Shown here: in pieces, positions 1 through 12,420 of the stretch
Position numbering within the stretch: the first letter of the stretch is position 1
How the letters are laid out: the number at the start of each line of letters is the position of its first letter
Source: Oculina patagonica
Taxonomy: Eukaryota
NCBI RefSeq assembly: GCF_052425735.1
Contig: NC_135759.1
Location: 32,798,001-32,862,000, forward strand
Reading direction: 5' to 3'
DNA length: 64,000 nt
Program-made: the position numbers and the translations under genes
Notes under the pieces: generated by a model
Database searches by the model: none
What the model was told of the DNA's origin: nothing
The model's input: the letters and a program-made list of their open reading frames with translations, nothing else

Positions 1-377
1 TCACAGTGAAAGTTCGTTAAAAAGAGTGGCACTTCAATACGCACCTGATCGTACTAGAAATATTTGTAAATGGTGACTGTCTAGCTCATTTGAAGTGTTT
101 ATGTTAAAATCATAATTTATCTTCATTCTCACCTCTCAATTCTTTTCAACTAAGGCATCTCTTTTATTGTCCTTTGATTACAACAAGAAACGAAATCTTG
201 GAGAGTCTTGCAAACAAAACATTTCTGACAGAGGAGCTACAAAACAGTTATCTGATGACTGCAAAAAAATGCAGTCAACTAAACATAAATTCTCACAACT
301 GGTCTTCAGAAATGATTTTCAATTGACAAGCAAAAGTATTATTTTACTAATCTGAGTTGCTATTTTTCTGACAACAG

Positions 378-474
378 GAAATAACGATTTCATATTTTCG
401 TGTGTGCGTAAAAGACTTGGCAGGAATGGAGAGTCAGCATGATCCTGTTAATGTTGATTATGCAGTTATTGGAG
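378..474 (+). CDS. Copy 1 exon, end of third H-type-lectin-like repeat (EITISYFRVCVKDLAGMESQHDPVNVDYAVIG)
   Basis: acaacAG/GAA...GGAG/GTaaat, 97 nt, phase 0-1; near-identical to 54220-54316. Confidence 0.9.
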
Positions 475-889
475 GTAAATAAAACAACACTTGACTTCAA
501 AACATCAGTCGATAGAGACTGGTGTATTGTACAAATATGCTATGCTACTTTCTTAGTCAGTTTGTAGTTTCTTTCCCTATATATATTTCTTCTATATTTA
601 ATTTTTTTTCCATATAGCATGGTAAATTGTTCTGGCATAATTATGGCACTGTAAATTAGTTACACCTTTATAGGAGGAACTTAAAGTAAAGTATTGTATA
701 GTATTAAATATACATTAAGTACAAATACAGTATAATGGGCAAGTCAGATATCCTTGTGGCCAATAATTGTTCTCATTTTGCTAAATGAAGGGAAAAGGTA
801 TTTTCCAAAAAAAAAAACTTTTAGCAATGATTAAACTGATTTGTTCACAACCAAGTTAACCTCATATTTGTTCATTTTCTGTTTCACAG

Positions 890-1108
890 ATCTTGATCCA
901 TGTATCAACATTTCCTGTAACTACTTCGCTGTTTGTAAGGCGTTTGGGCCCAGGGATGCGCGGTGTATATGTGTGGATAACTGTCCGTCGTACGAAGAGC
1001 CTGTGTGTTCCTCTAATGGAACCACATACGACAACGAGTGTGTGTTCCAGCGAGAAATGTGCCATCTGAAAGCTAACTTCACTCTTTACCATCCCGGTGA
1101 TTGTACAG
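890..1108 (+). CDS. Copy 1 follistatin-N + Kazal exon
   Basis: DPCINISCNYFAVC...CVDNCPSYEEPVCSSNGTTYDNEC...HPGDC; AG/GT boundaries, 219 nt, phase 1-1. Confidence 0.93.
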
Positions 1109-1569
1109 GTAATACAACTAGACTAAGCCCCTGATGGAGTTACTAATTAAGTTTATAAGTACCTTCATTTGTGGATTAGAACTGAGATAAAATGTAGAGG
1201 AAACATATCTCACAGAAACTACGTAAACTTTCATTTTAGCTCAAATATAGCAACAGTTTCATCTCTACATTGGGGATAATTCCGTGCCAAGAGCAACAGT
1301 ATAATAATATAAGAAAGTAAAGTGCGCTGATTAGCATTTCGAAAATGTTCATGGAAAAGAAAAGGTTTGCCGAGTGCAAGAGACACGGCTACAATGTAGC
1401 CAGATTCAAGGGTAACTAAGATCTAAAAAGTATATGCCTAACTTCGTTTTCAAAAAGGGATACATCTAATGCTACTGAAAAATGCAATTAGATCAGAGTG
1501 CTAAAATAATCAAACCTGGGGCTTCTAAAGGTTGGCAAAACATTAAAATTTCTTTGAATTGTTTTTCAG

Positions 1570-1949
1570 GATTCCCTTCTCAGAAAGGCCGCCATCGTCT
1601 CCGCCGCAACCCAAGCTGGGCTGAAGCAGTTTGTGAACAAGTTCCACTGGCTCCTTACGTCTTCTATCCTGATAAACCGGTTCACATACAAGTTTCCGTC
1701 AATCACGTCAACTTCTCAGACCCCACTTATGTCCACGAAGCCGTGGTGCCCTGGGTTGAAGAAATCAGGGAGAACAATTTTACAGTTTGCATTACACAGG
1801 CGGGGAGAAATGAGAAGAAAAATGGACAAGCGTTTGCCACAGTTGACTATTTAGCATACCAGGGGGCCCCTGACGGGGGAGTGTCTGGTGAAATGGACAT
1901 GCCGACTTGGTGGACTGGAACGAACTGTCGTACAGTATCACTACCTCCG
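1570..1949 (+). CDS. Copy 1 H-type-lectin-like exon (repeat 4 and start of repeat 5)
   Basis: Within ORF 1482-1973; ttcAG/GA...CCG/GTgagt; 380 nt, same length as 55348-55727. Confidence 0.9.
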
Positions 1950-2346
1950 GTGAGTTTAGCTCACCAATCATAATGATATTTTGCAACACTGTACAGATAT
2001 TTATTGTATTGAAAGATAATCTACAATCAACTGATCAAGAAACGAAATTAAGATCAGTGTGCAGTGTAATTACATTGAACTGATCCAGAGGCTCGTAATT
2101 GATTGTTTTCCATAACAAGAGTGGGAAAATTTCACTCTCTTTATTTAATGTAATAGCTTGATATTAACGCAGACTTTCCTTGGAACATTCGCATGCTGTA
2201 AAATAAAATTGATAATTAAGTAATGTTTTCTTTAACATCACTGTAGTTTATAATATACAGGTTTAGCTTGATTTCAAGAGAAACTAACAACAGGTCTCAT
2301 ATTTTTTCTATCGCCATTTATTCTTTTAGTGCGTATATTTTTACAG

Positions 2347-2514
2347 AAAAAGTTTAAATCAGTGCCCACTGTACTTGTGTCAGCGGAGCATGAAAGGCGT
2401 GGTGTAAAGCACGATGCTTCCTCAGTGTGGGTAGAAGATTTAACAACAACGTCCTTCAAGATCTGCATCAGAGAACTACAGAACTTTGACGGAACTCACC
2501 AAAGTATCCACGTT
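2347..2514 (+). CDS. Copy 1 H-type-lectin-like exon (KKFKSVPTVLVSAEH...WVEDLTTTSFKICIRE)
   Basis: F..P.V.V...W...T...F.I pattern resembling H-type lectin; 168 nt, AG/GT. Confidence 0.9.
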
Positions 2515-2769
2515 GTAAGGAATTTTGGATTATTCATGATTTTAATACTTTATTTATGCTTTTAATGTTGAATATATGAACAGTGTCTCGCTTGGTGGGG
2601 ACGGTGCTATTGAAGATACTGTAAATAACCAATGAAATATTGTGAATAGAACAGAAACTTGCTAGCTCTGGTAATATAAAAATCCCAACTGTCAGGAAGC
2701 TTACCCGCTAAGCGTAATGGAGTTAAAATCGTACCACTAAACCCAAATCCATTAGTGTCAGAGACTAGA

Positions 2770-2828
2770 GGAGGATTTGAACCCGGGACCTCCCAATTAC
2801 AAATCCAGCGATTTAACCATGCGACCAC
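2770..2828 (-). mobile_element. tRNA-derived SINE head
   Basis: Reverse complement GTGGTCGCATGGTTAAA...CCCGGGTTCAAATCC has A/B-box-like motifs. Confidence 0.65.
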
Positions 2829-2841
2829 TTTTTTCCCGAAG

Positions 2842-2952
2842 GACTGGATGGCATTTGAAGAGCTTCATCGACCTCTGTTTAGAGAGCACGGTTCTATATA
2901 CTTTGCCAACGGAAACAGGCCATCCAAAGAATTCAACTTTGCCTTCTGTGAG
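2842..2952 (+). CDS. Copy 1 exon (DWMAFEELHRPLFREHG...NFAFCE)
   Basis: 111 nt, AG/GT, paralogous to 57030-57140. Confidence 0.88.
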
Positions 2953-3374
2953 GTGAGTTTACCACTTCAAGTTTTATCCTATCATTGCTTATATCTTCAG
3001 ACACTTATTTCCCACTAGTCTACTCGCGTTCTACGTTGTGGATTACTTGCTGACTTACTCGTCCACCCACTCACCCCCCCCCCCCCCCCATCCCTACCTC
3101 ACGTACTGATCACGCACTCACCCCAATTCAACTACTCGTCACTCATGCACTAGTCACTCCGTCATTCAATAACTTAATTAGTCACTTACAGTGTATTAAA
3201 ACTTGCCTCGCAAAACGATGGTTCATGATTGATTTGTTGATTTGGTTACTCAGGTTTCATAGGTATCCTTTTAATCCATTTTTCGTTTGCTTCCTTTAAA
3301 ATCGCTTTTTAGATAGAGATTCATTCTAAGCTAATTTGCAGTATAAATGTATTTCTTTTCTTTCCTTTTATTAG

Positions 3375-3491
3375 GACGTTGTCTTTATAAAGCACTACAA
3401 CGACTCTCCAGCAGTACTGGTGTCTGCAAACCATTCAACAAACGGAGGAAACCTGAACCCTGCGTACAACTCGATATCAGCTTGGGTGGAG
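3375..3491 (+). CDS. Copy 1 exon (DVVFIKHYNDSPAVLVSANH...ISAWVE)
   Basis: 117 nt, AG/GT, paralogous to 57345-57461. Confidence 0.88.
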
Positions 3492-3706
3492 GTCAGATGT
3501 GATTCATTCATATTACTTCTTCATATCAGATAATAAAAAAGTGTGGTAACTTTCCATAACTTTGCTTGAGATTTGAAATGAGGAACATGACGTGGCTGAC
3601 GTGTGCGGTTGAAAGAATGGCTAAAAAAGCCGTGAAGTCGTAAAGCAAATATACGATTGGAGTCCGAAAGTCCAAACGAGGAAATAATTAAGAAGTGAAC
3701 AATAAT

Positions 3707-4139
3707 GGCCGTTTTTATGCTAGAGACGTTAAAGCTGTCTTAGACGTTAAAGCTGTCTCGAGACGAAATTAACGTCTAGTATAAAAACGGTAAATAAGAC
3801 AGACGTCTTTAACGTCTGATGGCTTTAACGTCTTTTCGTAAGAGCGTCTGAACGACGCTCTTATCGGACAGCTTTAACGTCTTAGACGTTAAAGTCGTCT
3901 AGTATAAAAACGGGACGTCGTTAACTAGTATGAAAACAGTAAATAAAACGGTCGTCTTTATCGTCTGATGGCTTTACGTCTTCGTGTCCAGTGTCCTCCG
4001 AGTTTCGAACCCAGTCTTTTTTATTTTTTTTTCTGAAAAGCTGTCTACTTAAGGCGTCCCGTTTTTATACCAGACGCCTTTAACGTCTTAGACGTTAAAG
4101 CCGTCTGACAACATTATCGTCTCTAGCATAAAAACAGCC
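3707..4139. mobile_element. MITE with 3-bp AAT TSD (PIF/Harbinger-like)
   Basis: GGCCGTTTTTATGCTAGAGACG ... CGTCTCTAGCATAAAAACAGCC; internal GACGTTAAAG repeats. Confidence 0.8.
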
Positions 4140-4343
4140 AATGTAGAAAAATGTCTGGCTATTTTTATCAGCATGCTTAATGAGCGTTTTTTTTACTTTA
4201 CTCTATCGTTGGGAACACAAGTATGGCTTACTTTTTATTTCATATTTTGACATGAAAGAAGAGTGTCTGAATACAGTACCCTTTGTTACTACATTTTTAT
4301 GGCTTCATGGTGCTGATATTAGAGTTCCTTTCTTTCCTTTCAG

Positions 4344-4434
4344 TATATAAACAAGACTGGCTTTAGAGCATGCGTGAAAGAGTTGTTTGTGAACCAGCAT
4401 GACCCTCTGTCAGTCTCATATGCTGTCATGCCAG
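4344..4434 (+). CDS. Copy 1 exon (YINKTGFRACVKELFVNQHDPLSVSYAVMP)
   Basis: 91 nt, phase 0-1, paralogous to 58094-58184. Confidence 0.88.
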
Positions 4435-4736
4435 GTAGGATGTATAAAGAGAGATTCGTGATTTTTAAGATATTGTTATGAACTTTTCAAACAGGTTCTT
4501 TTCCAGCAGGACTAATCCTAGGAAAACTGTTTGTGTGTTGAAATTTTATTGATAGTTGGCCAAAGCTACATCAAGCTAACATCGATTCTCACAATTTTAT
4601 CGGCGAGAAAGAACCCCTTTGTAGTCGATATCTAAAAGGAGGCTTTCTTTGGGCAAAGCTAGATAATTCTGTAAACGTTTTAACCTCAAAGTAAAGCTCC
4701 ATTTTTTATTATTGTTATTTTTTTTTTTATCTCAAG

Positions 4737-5107
4737 ATGTGTGTGAGCCAGGTTGGAGTTTCTACAATGGTTCATGTTACTTCACCAGTGAAACATGTGA
4801 GACATGGTCCAACGCAAGTAAAATCTGTAGAAGCATGGGAGCTAATTTAGCCGCTATTGAAAGTCAGGAAGAGAACGTGTATATTCAGCACAGACACAAT
4901 GGTGACAAGGCGTGGATTGGTTTGAAATTGCAACAGAAGGATTATTCTCCTGGGTGGATGGGTGTCCTGATAAATTCCGCTACTGGGCGGAGAAACAACC
5001 GAACGACTTTAGAGGAGAGGACTGCGTACACACACTCGGTGCACGGCATGGGTACACGTGGAATGACGTGGATTGTTCGTTGTGCCATCAGTATACCTGT
5101 AAAAAAG
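4737..5107 (+). pseudogene. Copy 1 C-type lectin domain exon with a 4-nt frameshifting deletion
   Basis: CEPGW..YNGSCY..WIGL then QPND..EDC..WNDVDC in another frame; lacks TGAC after 4926 relative to 58768-59142 (371 vs 375 nt). Confidence 0.88.
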
Positions 5108-5559
5108 GTTGGAATGTATTCCAAGTAGACTAGCCAATTTATATACCAAGTCTCGCCGTCTAAGAAAATATAGACTTAAAATATTCTCCAAAATAATACC
5201 CACGTAAAGCATCAAGGCCGTACGAAGGAGACTATATGGTGAATTTTGAGCAACTGCCTATTAGGTTTGTTATTTACATGTTTTCGTTATTGGACTGAAG
5301 CGTTGAGTGAAGAAGGGCCTTATAACAAAAAATAAACTACAAATGGATGAATGGCTACAAACTAACTAAAAGCCTCTTCATTTGCTTCGAAAACGTTTAA
5401 AACACCGATTAAAACAGTAGTTCAGAGAGATTACTTTGAGAATTGATAACATGGCGCGGAAGAAAGTCATACATATAATCGTATATATGTATATGGTATT
5501 TAGCTTAAAATTAACTTTTTTTTTTTAATTATCACCGTACAGTACCGTGTACTGTCGGC

Positions 5560-5820
5560 ATTGCTGATCCTAGCAGTATGCACTGCAGGACGCATATCAC
5601 ATATGAATCTAGTAAGATGGCCTTGTTCACCATAAGTCCCTCCTTAGCTCAGTGAATAGAGCTCCCGCACGGTGTTTGGGAGGTCATGGGCTCAAATCCA
5701 TCTCCCGGGGGCTCAGATTGTTTATGTTTCACGCTCTTGACTAGACTTTCTTCGCTCGCCAATAGAGGGCGACTTGGTGCAAGTCTAGCTCTTGACATGT
5801 TGAACATTACGTCTTTCTCA
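5560..5820 (+). mobile_element. tRNA-like SINE-type repeat (related copy ~15265-15460 on -)
   Basis: TAGCTCAGTG.ATAGAGC...GGTCATGGGCTCAAATCC. Confidence 0.6.
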
Positions 5821-5845
5821 TTGTTATTATTTTGTTTAATATCAG

Positions 5846-5956
5846 ATTACGACGAATGTACCAGCTCGCCGTGTTTGAGTAGAGGCACCTGTGTAAACGG
5901 TAAAAGAAATTTCAGGTGCATCTGCCCTCGAACTCATAAGGGGAGGACATGTGAAG
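5846..5956 (+). CDS. Copy 1 EGF-like exon 1
   Basis: DYDECTSSPCLSRGTCVNGKRNFRCICPRTHKGRTCE; 111 nt, phase 1-1. Confidence 0.92.
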
Positions 5957-6182
5957 GTAACTTTGAAGTAGGTTTTATGACTAGTACAGTTTTGGTTAGT
6001 CTACCTTGTTGACGAAAATATGTACATGATATCTTGGATAGCAGCAAATATTTTACTATTATATGGAAGTTTTGTATTCCTTTAGATGTAAGGTACTTGA
6101 TAACACGCCATAAAGAATACAGCCTATCAAAAAAAAACGCACTGTTTCATTTTTGGCAGTATCCCACGTATACGAGTTGGAC

Positions 6183-6500
6183 TTCAGGAATTTTGATTCA
6201 TTATCTCTATTGATGTTATTTGAATAAGACTCCGAATAATACTTCATCTTAATAACATCAATAATGGAATCGAAATTCCTAAAGCTAGGATAGTTTTGGC
6301 CGAAAAGCACAACAGCGGGCAACATCTAACAGCCGGAATAATAATGAGGATCGAAATGCACCAATAGCAGCGAAACAACATGCTACAAAGAGCGACACAT
6401 AAAAAATCGACCTCATCGCCTGATGAAGACTAGCAGTATTGCAGTCGAAACGTCGCGATCAACAACTCAAAGCGATTTACGATTCTACTTGTGAGACAAA
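6183..6500 (+). mobile_element. Penelope-like element 3' remnant with short inverted 5' piece
   Basis: LHLNNINNGIEIPKA on + and NNINRDN on - resemble a PLE GIY-YIG C-terminus, followed by a hammerhead; paralogous remnant at ~21960-22113 plus 23693-23850. Confidence 0.65.
6415..6459 (+). ncRNA. Type I minimal hammerhead ribozyme of Penelope type
   Basis: ATCGC-CTGATGA-A-GACT...AGTC-GAAA-CG-TC-GCGAT. Confidence 0.8.
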
Positions 6501-6666
6501 CGGATAAACGTTCATCTTTCCTACCTCTAAATAACTTCAACACAGGGCACAGAAAAACACAGTACATATCTATCTGTCGTCACTAGTGTCACAAAAATGG
6601 CAAAGAGATAGTCCTTTGGTGTGCAAGGTGTTTTTACAACATCAGTTATCTCTTTGTTTTTTATAG

Positions 6667-6777
6667 AATTTGACGAATGTTCCAGCAGTCCATGTCTGAA
6701 TGGTGGAACCTGTACTGATGGAGTTAATAACTTTACGTGTTCTTGTCCTTCTCCATTTTTTGGAAACCAGTGTCAAG
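6667..6777 (+). CDS. EGF-like exon A (cassette 1)
   Basis: [37 protein letters not shown]; 111 nt, phase 1-1. Confidence 0.92.
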
Positions 6778-7603
6778 GTATTTATTGCTCTGTGAATAGT
6801 TTTGGAATAAAACTGACCCGAATGCATGGAGATGCACGTAACGGACCTAGATTGTATTGTGAGCTTAAAATTTCATTCAACCAACCATTTAATGGTCTTT
6901 ATAACCTGCCTAGTAAAAACAAAATTCGCATCTGACTGGTTAAAAGCTTACTCGATTTTTACTTTTGATCGTTCTATGTACATGTACCATTCAGCCTGGG
7001 AAATGATCGGCCTCGTTTTATTATTACTGACCCTCCTAAATCCTATTGTTCTCTATATGAAATATATCGACGATTGCAGCCACGAACTAAAAGATCAATG
7101 TGGAAAACAACTGAAATCGTCGATGTGACGCAGAGAGGGTCAATAATTATATCAGATAATAACTTCGGCTCACAGGAGCATTGGGTATGTTGCAAACAGC
7201 TGAGGCCGCATTATGTATTAAATATGGCAATGCTCGGACAATACGTAGTCTATTAACATGAAATAATTGGGCAAAATGTAAGTTGTTAGCACACTACAAT
7301 AATTATTTGTAGTCTCACTCCAATTTGGCATTCCTTTGGAATGTTTATCAACCAAACGTTTCTAGCTAAAATTTTCCAACACCTCATCTTGTTACATATA
7401 GTGTTATAGCAAAAAGACGCAAACTCTTTAACGACTTCAACTTCTCTCACAGAAGCAGATGAATGTAAGTCCAGTCCTTCAACACAGGGCACAGAAAAAC
7501 ACACTACATACCTATCTCTCGTCACTTGTGTCACAAAAGGGCAAAGAGAGCCCTTTTGTGTGCAAGGGGTTTTTACAACATCAGTTATCTCTTTGTTTTA
7601 AAG

Positions 7604-7714
7604 AATATGACGAATGCTCCAGCAGTCCATGTCTTAACGGTGGAACTTGTGTTGATGGAGTTTACAACTTTACTTGTGTTTGTCCAGGCGTGTATATTGG
7701 ACAACGTTGTGAAG
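7604..7714 (+). CDS. EGF-like exon B (cassette 1)
   Basis: [37 protein letters not shown]; 111 nt, phase 1-1. Confidence 0.92.
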
Positions 7715-10700
7715 GTATATTATTTTTTATTTGAAGTCTGGTTAACTTGTATGCACGTTTGCATGTTATTCAGTTGCGAGAAAGGTTTCTTCGAAATTGC
7801 ATGGACTTGATAAGGGTAGCGTTGATAAGGGTCCGTTAATTTCGTCAACGTTTCGAGCACTTCTAAAGTTAGCTTTTATCCATTTAGTCAAAACTCGGCC
7901 GTTTCTTTGAAAAGGCAAATATTAATTAGCTGAAAGCATTTTATTACTACTATAAACAACTCAGCATCTGAAACTTGTAACTGATACTGAGCAAGAGAGT
8001 GAGTAGAGAACTTCACGCACACACACACACAGTTTAATGGAGATCATAATTGAGTAGTAAAATTTAACGTTGATATTTATGACGTTTATGTGATATCAAG
8101 AATTATCATAACCATAACAAAATTCTCGAGTCTGATTGGTTCTTAAAAGGCTCTATTTTTTACCAAATAGTAGCGCGAGCAGCTATGGTGTCCAATAACG
8201 AAGTGTTCAACATATAACAAGGCGTCAATTAACAAAATTCTCTTACCACGACGTAAAAGCCTCCTACGCAGACGCTCTCTGCGCTCGTCACGTATTCTCG
8301 TGAAGAGCACAGAGAGCGTCTACTTCCGTATGCTTAGGAGGCTAACCGCGCACGCGCTTTATTTGTTCCATCATTTTAATAGATACTCCTTTACATTCTT
8401 AAAACCTCTAGAAATGTTTTTTTCCCAGCGATTTTTATTTATTGGTTATAAAATACAACTGATGGCTGAAGATCCACAACAAGTACATTTATTCACCTGT
8501 TGCTAAGTATGGTTTCTTCGGCTTAATATAGAATCTTACTTTAAAGACAAATTAAGTTCAAATGGGCAATTTTGGGACTTAAAACGAGTCGGGAATCCGT
8601 TATACTGACCTTCCGTAAGAAGAATCTCTGATTCCACTTGCTTTATTGTAAATAATCAGCTCTAAATTCAAGCTTGCTTGTGTTCGTATCTTGCGAAACT
8701 CCGGTGGTACCATAAATGAATTTCCAACGAGAGTCGCCAAGCAACGTTGACTTACGTTAACACTAATAACTCTACCCTAAAGACAATGAAATTCGATGTT
8801 CATCAATTCTTCTGGAGTTTTCACCCAATTTGCATTCGTTTTTGACAAACATCTTCGGTCAAAATAGTCAAATTACGACGCGTTGTTAAGGTTTCATTAT
8901 TCAGCTGTTGGCGAGAAACCCCTCGCGTGGTTCATGCGAGACGTCCAGGCTTTACTACATCTATCAGCATCCTTAGCGCGTGTGACGTCATAATGCAACA
9001 CAATATGCAATAAATCATACTTGCGATTTGAACAAATCGGACTCCTGCTACGCGGTCGTTCAATTTTTTTCTAATTAGACGTATTATTGCAGACTGAAAG
9101 GAGCTCCACTCATCCCGTCAGTCCTATAACCATACCTAAGCAAGTCTTTCGGCCGATGCCGGAAGCGAAAACTAATAATTGTCGCAGGGCGACGATTAAT
9201 CACAATGGATGGTTCGATAACTCAACACAAACTTTACTCAAACACTCGAGATTTTAATTTTACAGGCGTACGTAGCCTATAGCAACGTGACATAATTTGC
9301 AATGTAACTTGACAACGGAAGTTCAGGAAGCGGGAGGCACATCCCCACCCCTAGTCGAAACACAATGTTGAGACAAACTACAGTGCTAGCCTAACGCTTC
9401 CTCTAATAAACAAAGTTTTGTGATTGGTCTCTTGTACTCTCCTGTCTGAGTACGCACTGTAACTGCTCGAACCATCCCGTCCCGTCCAGGATAGAAAGAC
9501 ACGATTCTGCCCAATGGCCATACACCTCACGGTTGGTTGGGTTCAGCGACTAGCACAATATCTCCTTCTTTGAGATTCTACTTCTTCTCTTTCCACTTCT
9601 TTCTTTCTGTCAGACTAGGAAGGTACTCCTTTGTGAAACGTCTCCAGAAGAAGTTGGCCAGTGCCTGGGACTGTCCCCACAGCTTTGTCGATTTGATGTC
9701 TCTATCACTAACATCAGCACCTTCATAACTCGGATTCGCCCGCATCAGCAGGAAGTGTTTTGGCGTTAGCGCTTCAATGCCTCTTGCATCATTAGACACA
9801 TGAGTAATCGATCGGCTGTTCAGTACCCCTTCTGCTTCGACGAGTGCAGTTCTAAGTACTTCTTTGGAAACAATCCTGAGAGCTCTCGGAATCTCCTCTT
9901 TATCAAGTTCCTTTGCTTCCTTGTGCCATTCACGCCACTCTCGAAGATCAGATTCTTTTAACTCGTCATCCCACCTGTACTTCATACGGGTTCAGATTCT
10001 GCAGGATGATTTTACGTCTGATTGAGAAAGGGAGGCCAAGGAGGAGCCCTCGTGAGTCCAAAACCGAGAATGCTTAGCTCAAGATCTTCCTCTTTGTTGT
10101 TCCTGGATCACCACTGAGTCCCGTAAACTTCAGTACATCTTCCTGAGCATCCCAAATGATGCCAAAAGCTCTGTCTGTTGGCAGCTTATCTTCACTCAGC
10201 TCTAGAAATCGCGGAGATTTGTCTTGTTCGGGAATGGTGGCTAAGACTTCTGGGTCATTTGTTAGCCATTTGTGTAGGCGGAAACCTCAACGGCGTAGTA
10301 ACTCTGTCATCTGCTCTCGCATTTCAAAAGCTTCCTTTCGAGAATTGGTAGATGGCAGACCATCATCCATAGACTGCTCTGACATCAAGGGGTAAATCAG
10401 CACCATTCTCATCCGCATTACGCCTCATGGTGTAGTTAGCTCTGGATGGCACAGACACCTCTCCAAACACCGTTCTCTCAAACTGATACACGCTTAGTTC
10501 TTTTTCTGACGACTCCCTCCACAAGAATCTCGCCGCTGGCTTATCACTGTCAGGTAGGTGAAGCATAAATACACTTCTTCACATTTGCAGCCATAGCAAT
10601 TCTCTCCTCGCAGAACCTGAGGAAGACTCCAAACGGAGAGGTCAAAAGATCTGGTCCCGTGTAGATTTCGTCATTCAGACTTTGTCGCATGAATTTTGCT

Positions 10701-12420
10701 GATGCATCATACACTCTTCTGAGACTATCAGGTTTCTTTGGATTGATGACAAATCTGTGTGGTGAGAACCAAACCACATTGCTATCACACTGCACTTCCC
10801 CTTTACTCTGTTTCTTTACATAGCCCTTCTCAATGTCATCCTCAATCGACTTCGCATATCTCTCTCTGATGTCAGGATTATTCTCAAACTTCTTCTCCAG
10901 GGAATGTAGTCTCGTTTTCGCCAAGAAGGCCTGACACATACACATCTTCACCCTCCCTTTTAAAGGTCGCTCGATCATCAATGAGAGTGCCCGCTTTTTC
11001 TCGATCGAACGGATCGGATTTCCTACCTTCACCACGCCTAAGGCTTTTATCTCTGACTGAGCCATGACTTGGTGCTTCAACTCTTCGTCTTCGACTGTAC
11101 TTCTTTCATACACATTAAACCCACTGTATGGTGATGCTACTCTTCGTTCACCCGGTAACCAGTTAGTGACCGCCTATCCGAGTAGGGTCTCAACTGCATA
11201 AGGTACTCTTTCAACTTCCGGTTGACCCGAGGGTTTCACAATTTGCTTGGTAGAATCAAGTCAGAATTGTTCGTTCCAATTATCAGTTGTACTGGACCAG
11301 TGTCTGTGCATGCAAGTCCAAGTCCTTCACGTGTTGATACTTGTGCTTAATTGTTGACCACTTTAACTTCTGATCCAGACCATTCATGTAAGGAATCGTT
11401 TTCACATATCTGCATATCGCAATGAATACTTAATGTTCTCTTCACCGACTCGTGCAACAATGCATTTCTTGATGTGCTGGGAAGTAAACACTTTCTTCGC
11501 ATTAACGCCTTGTATTTCAAGATCTACCCCCTTGCCCTGACGCACTAGCACCAGCGCTAAACTTTTATCCATGAGTGTGGTGTTACTGCCTGAGTCACGC
11601 AACGCCATCACTTCTCGTTTCCCTGTTTCCCCAAAGACAACTACAGGAAGTACTTCAACTTATGCACGACCACCAGTCTCAAGACCTGAGTACGCTGATT
11701 GATGACGCTGCCCTTGCAGTTCCACAGCCTGATTTGGTGGTGAGCTTATGTCCTACTGCGAGGTGGGCACGTTATCTCTCTCAACCTCTGGTGCTCTCTC
11801 CGAATCACGTTTTGGTTTCGCACGCTCAATAAATTTCAAGTCAACTTCATGTACAAGGGTGTGATGGCGCATATCACAGTTGCGAACTTTGCATCTATTC
11901 TTACTATGGCATTTACTCAGACGATGAACAGATAATAGACAACGTAAAAAAAGCCTGCTTTCCTCCACGACATTCCCTCAAACTTTGCACTCTCAGTTGT
12001 AACACGTGATTAGTCGACTGATGAACTGGGCACTTTGTTCCATTTCTGGTGCGTGGGGACTCTCCTGTAGCTCTTGCAAAAAAACCCAGAAGTGTATTTG
12101 TCGGTGTTCTTACGACTGTCACCTTTCAATGTGTCAGTACGTTTCCACTCTCTCTTTTCTGGCATCCACCGCTGTTTGGAATCAGAGATTTTTGCCTCTT
12201 TTCCAGCCAACTTGGAAACGAACGTCAGGTCGATAATTTTGGTTTTCCTTTCACAAATTCAGCCCATCTACCGCAAAGGCAGACAGGGAGTTTTGCGACA
12301 CATTTTTCAGGAATTCGTGAGTTAAGTTCATGAACAAACTTGTGTTCCTTGAAAACACCTATCAGCTCAGAAACTATTTCTTGATACTGCCTGATCTGCC
12401 CACTATTTTCTTTCACTATT

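Noticed and set aside
250-285. CTGATGA followed by a GACTGCA/TGCAGTC hairpin
   Set aside because: No GAAA and no stem I/III pairing; at most a decayed remnant
5640-5715. tRNA-like sequences (also 2770, ~15310, 44730)
   Set aside because: A/B boxes are present but there is no complete cloverleaf; they are embedded in SINE-type repeats
7840-7882. GCTCGAAACGTTGAC on the - strand (also ~27078), like a Penelope hammerhead 3' half
   Set aside because: The CUGANGA half is missing or degenerate
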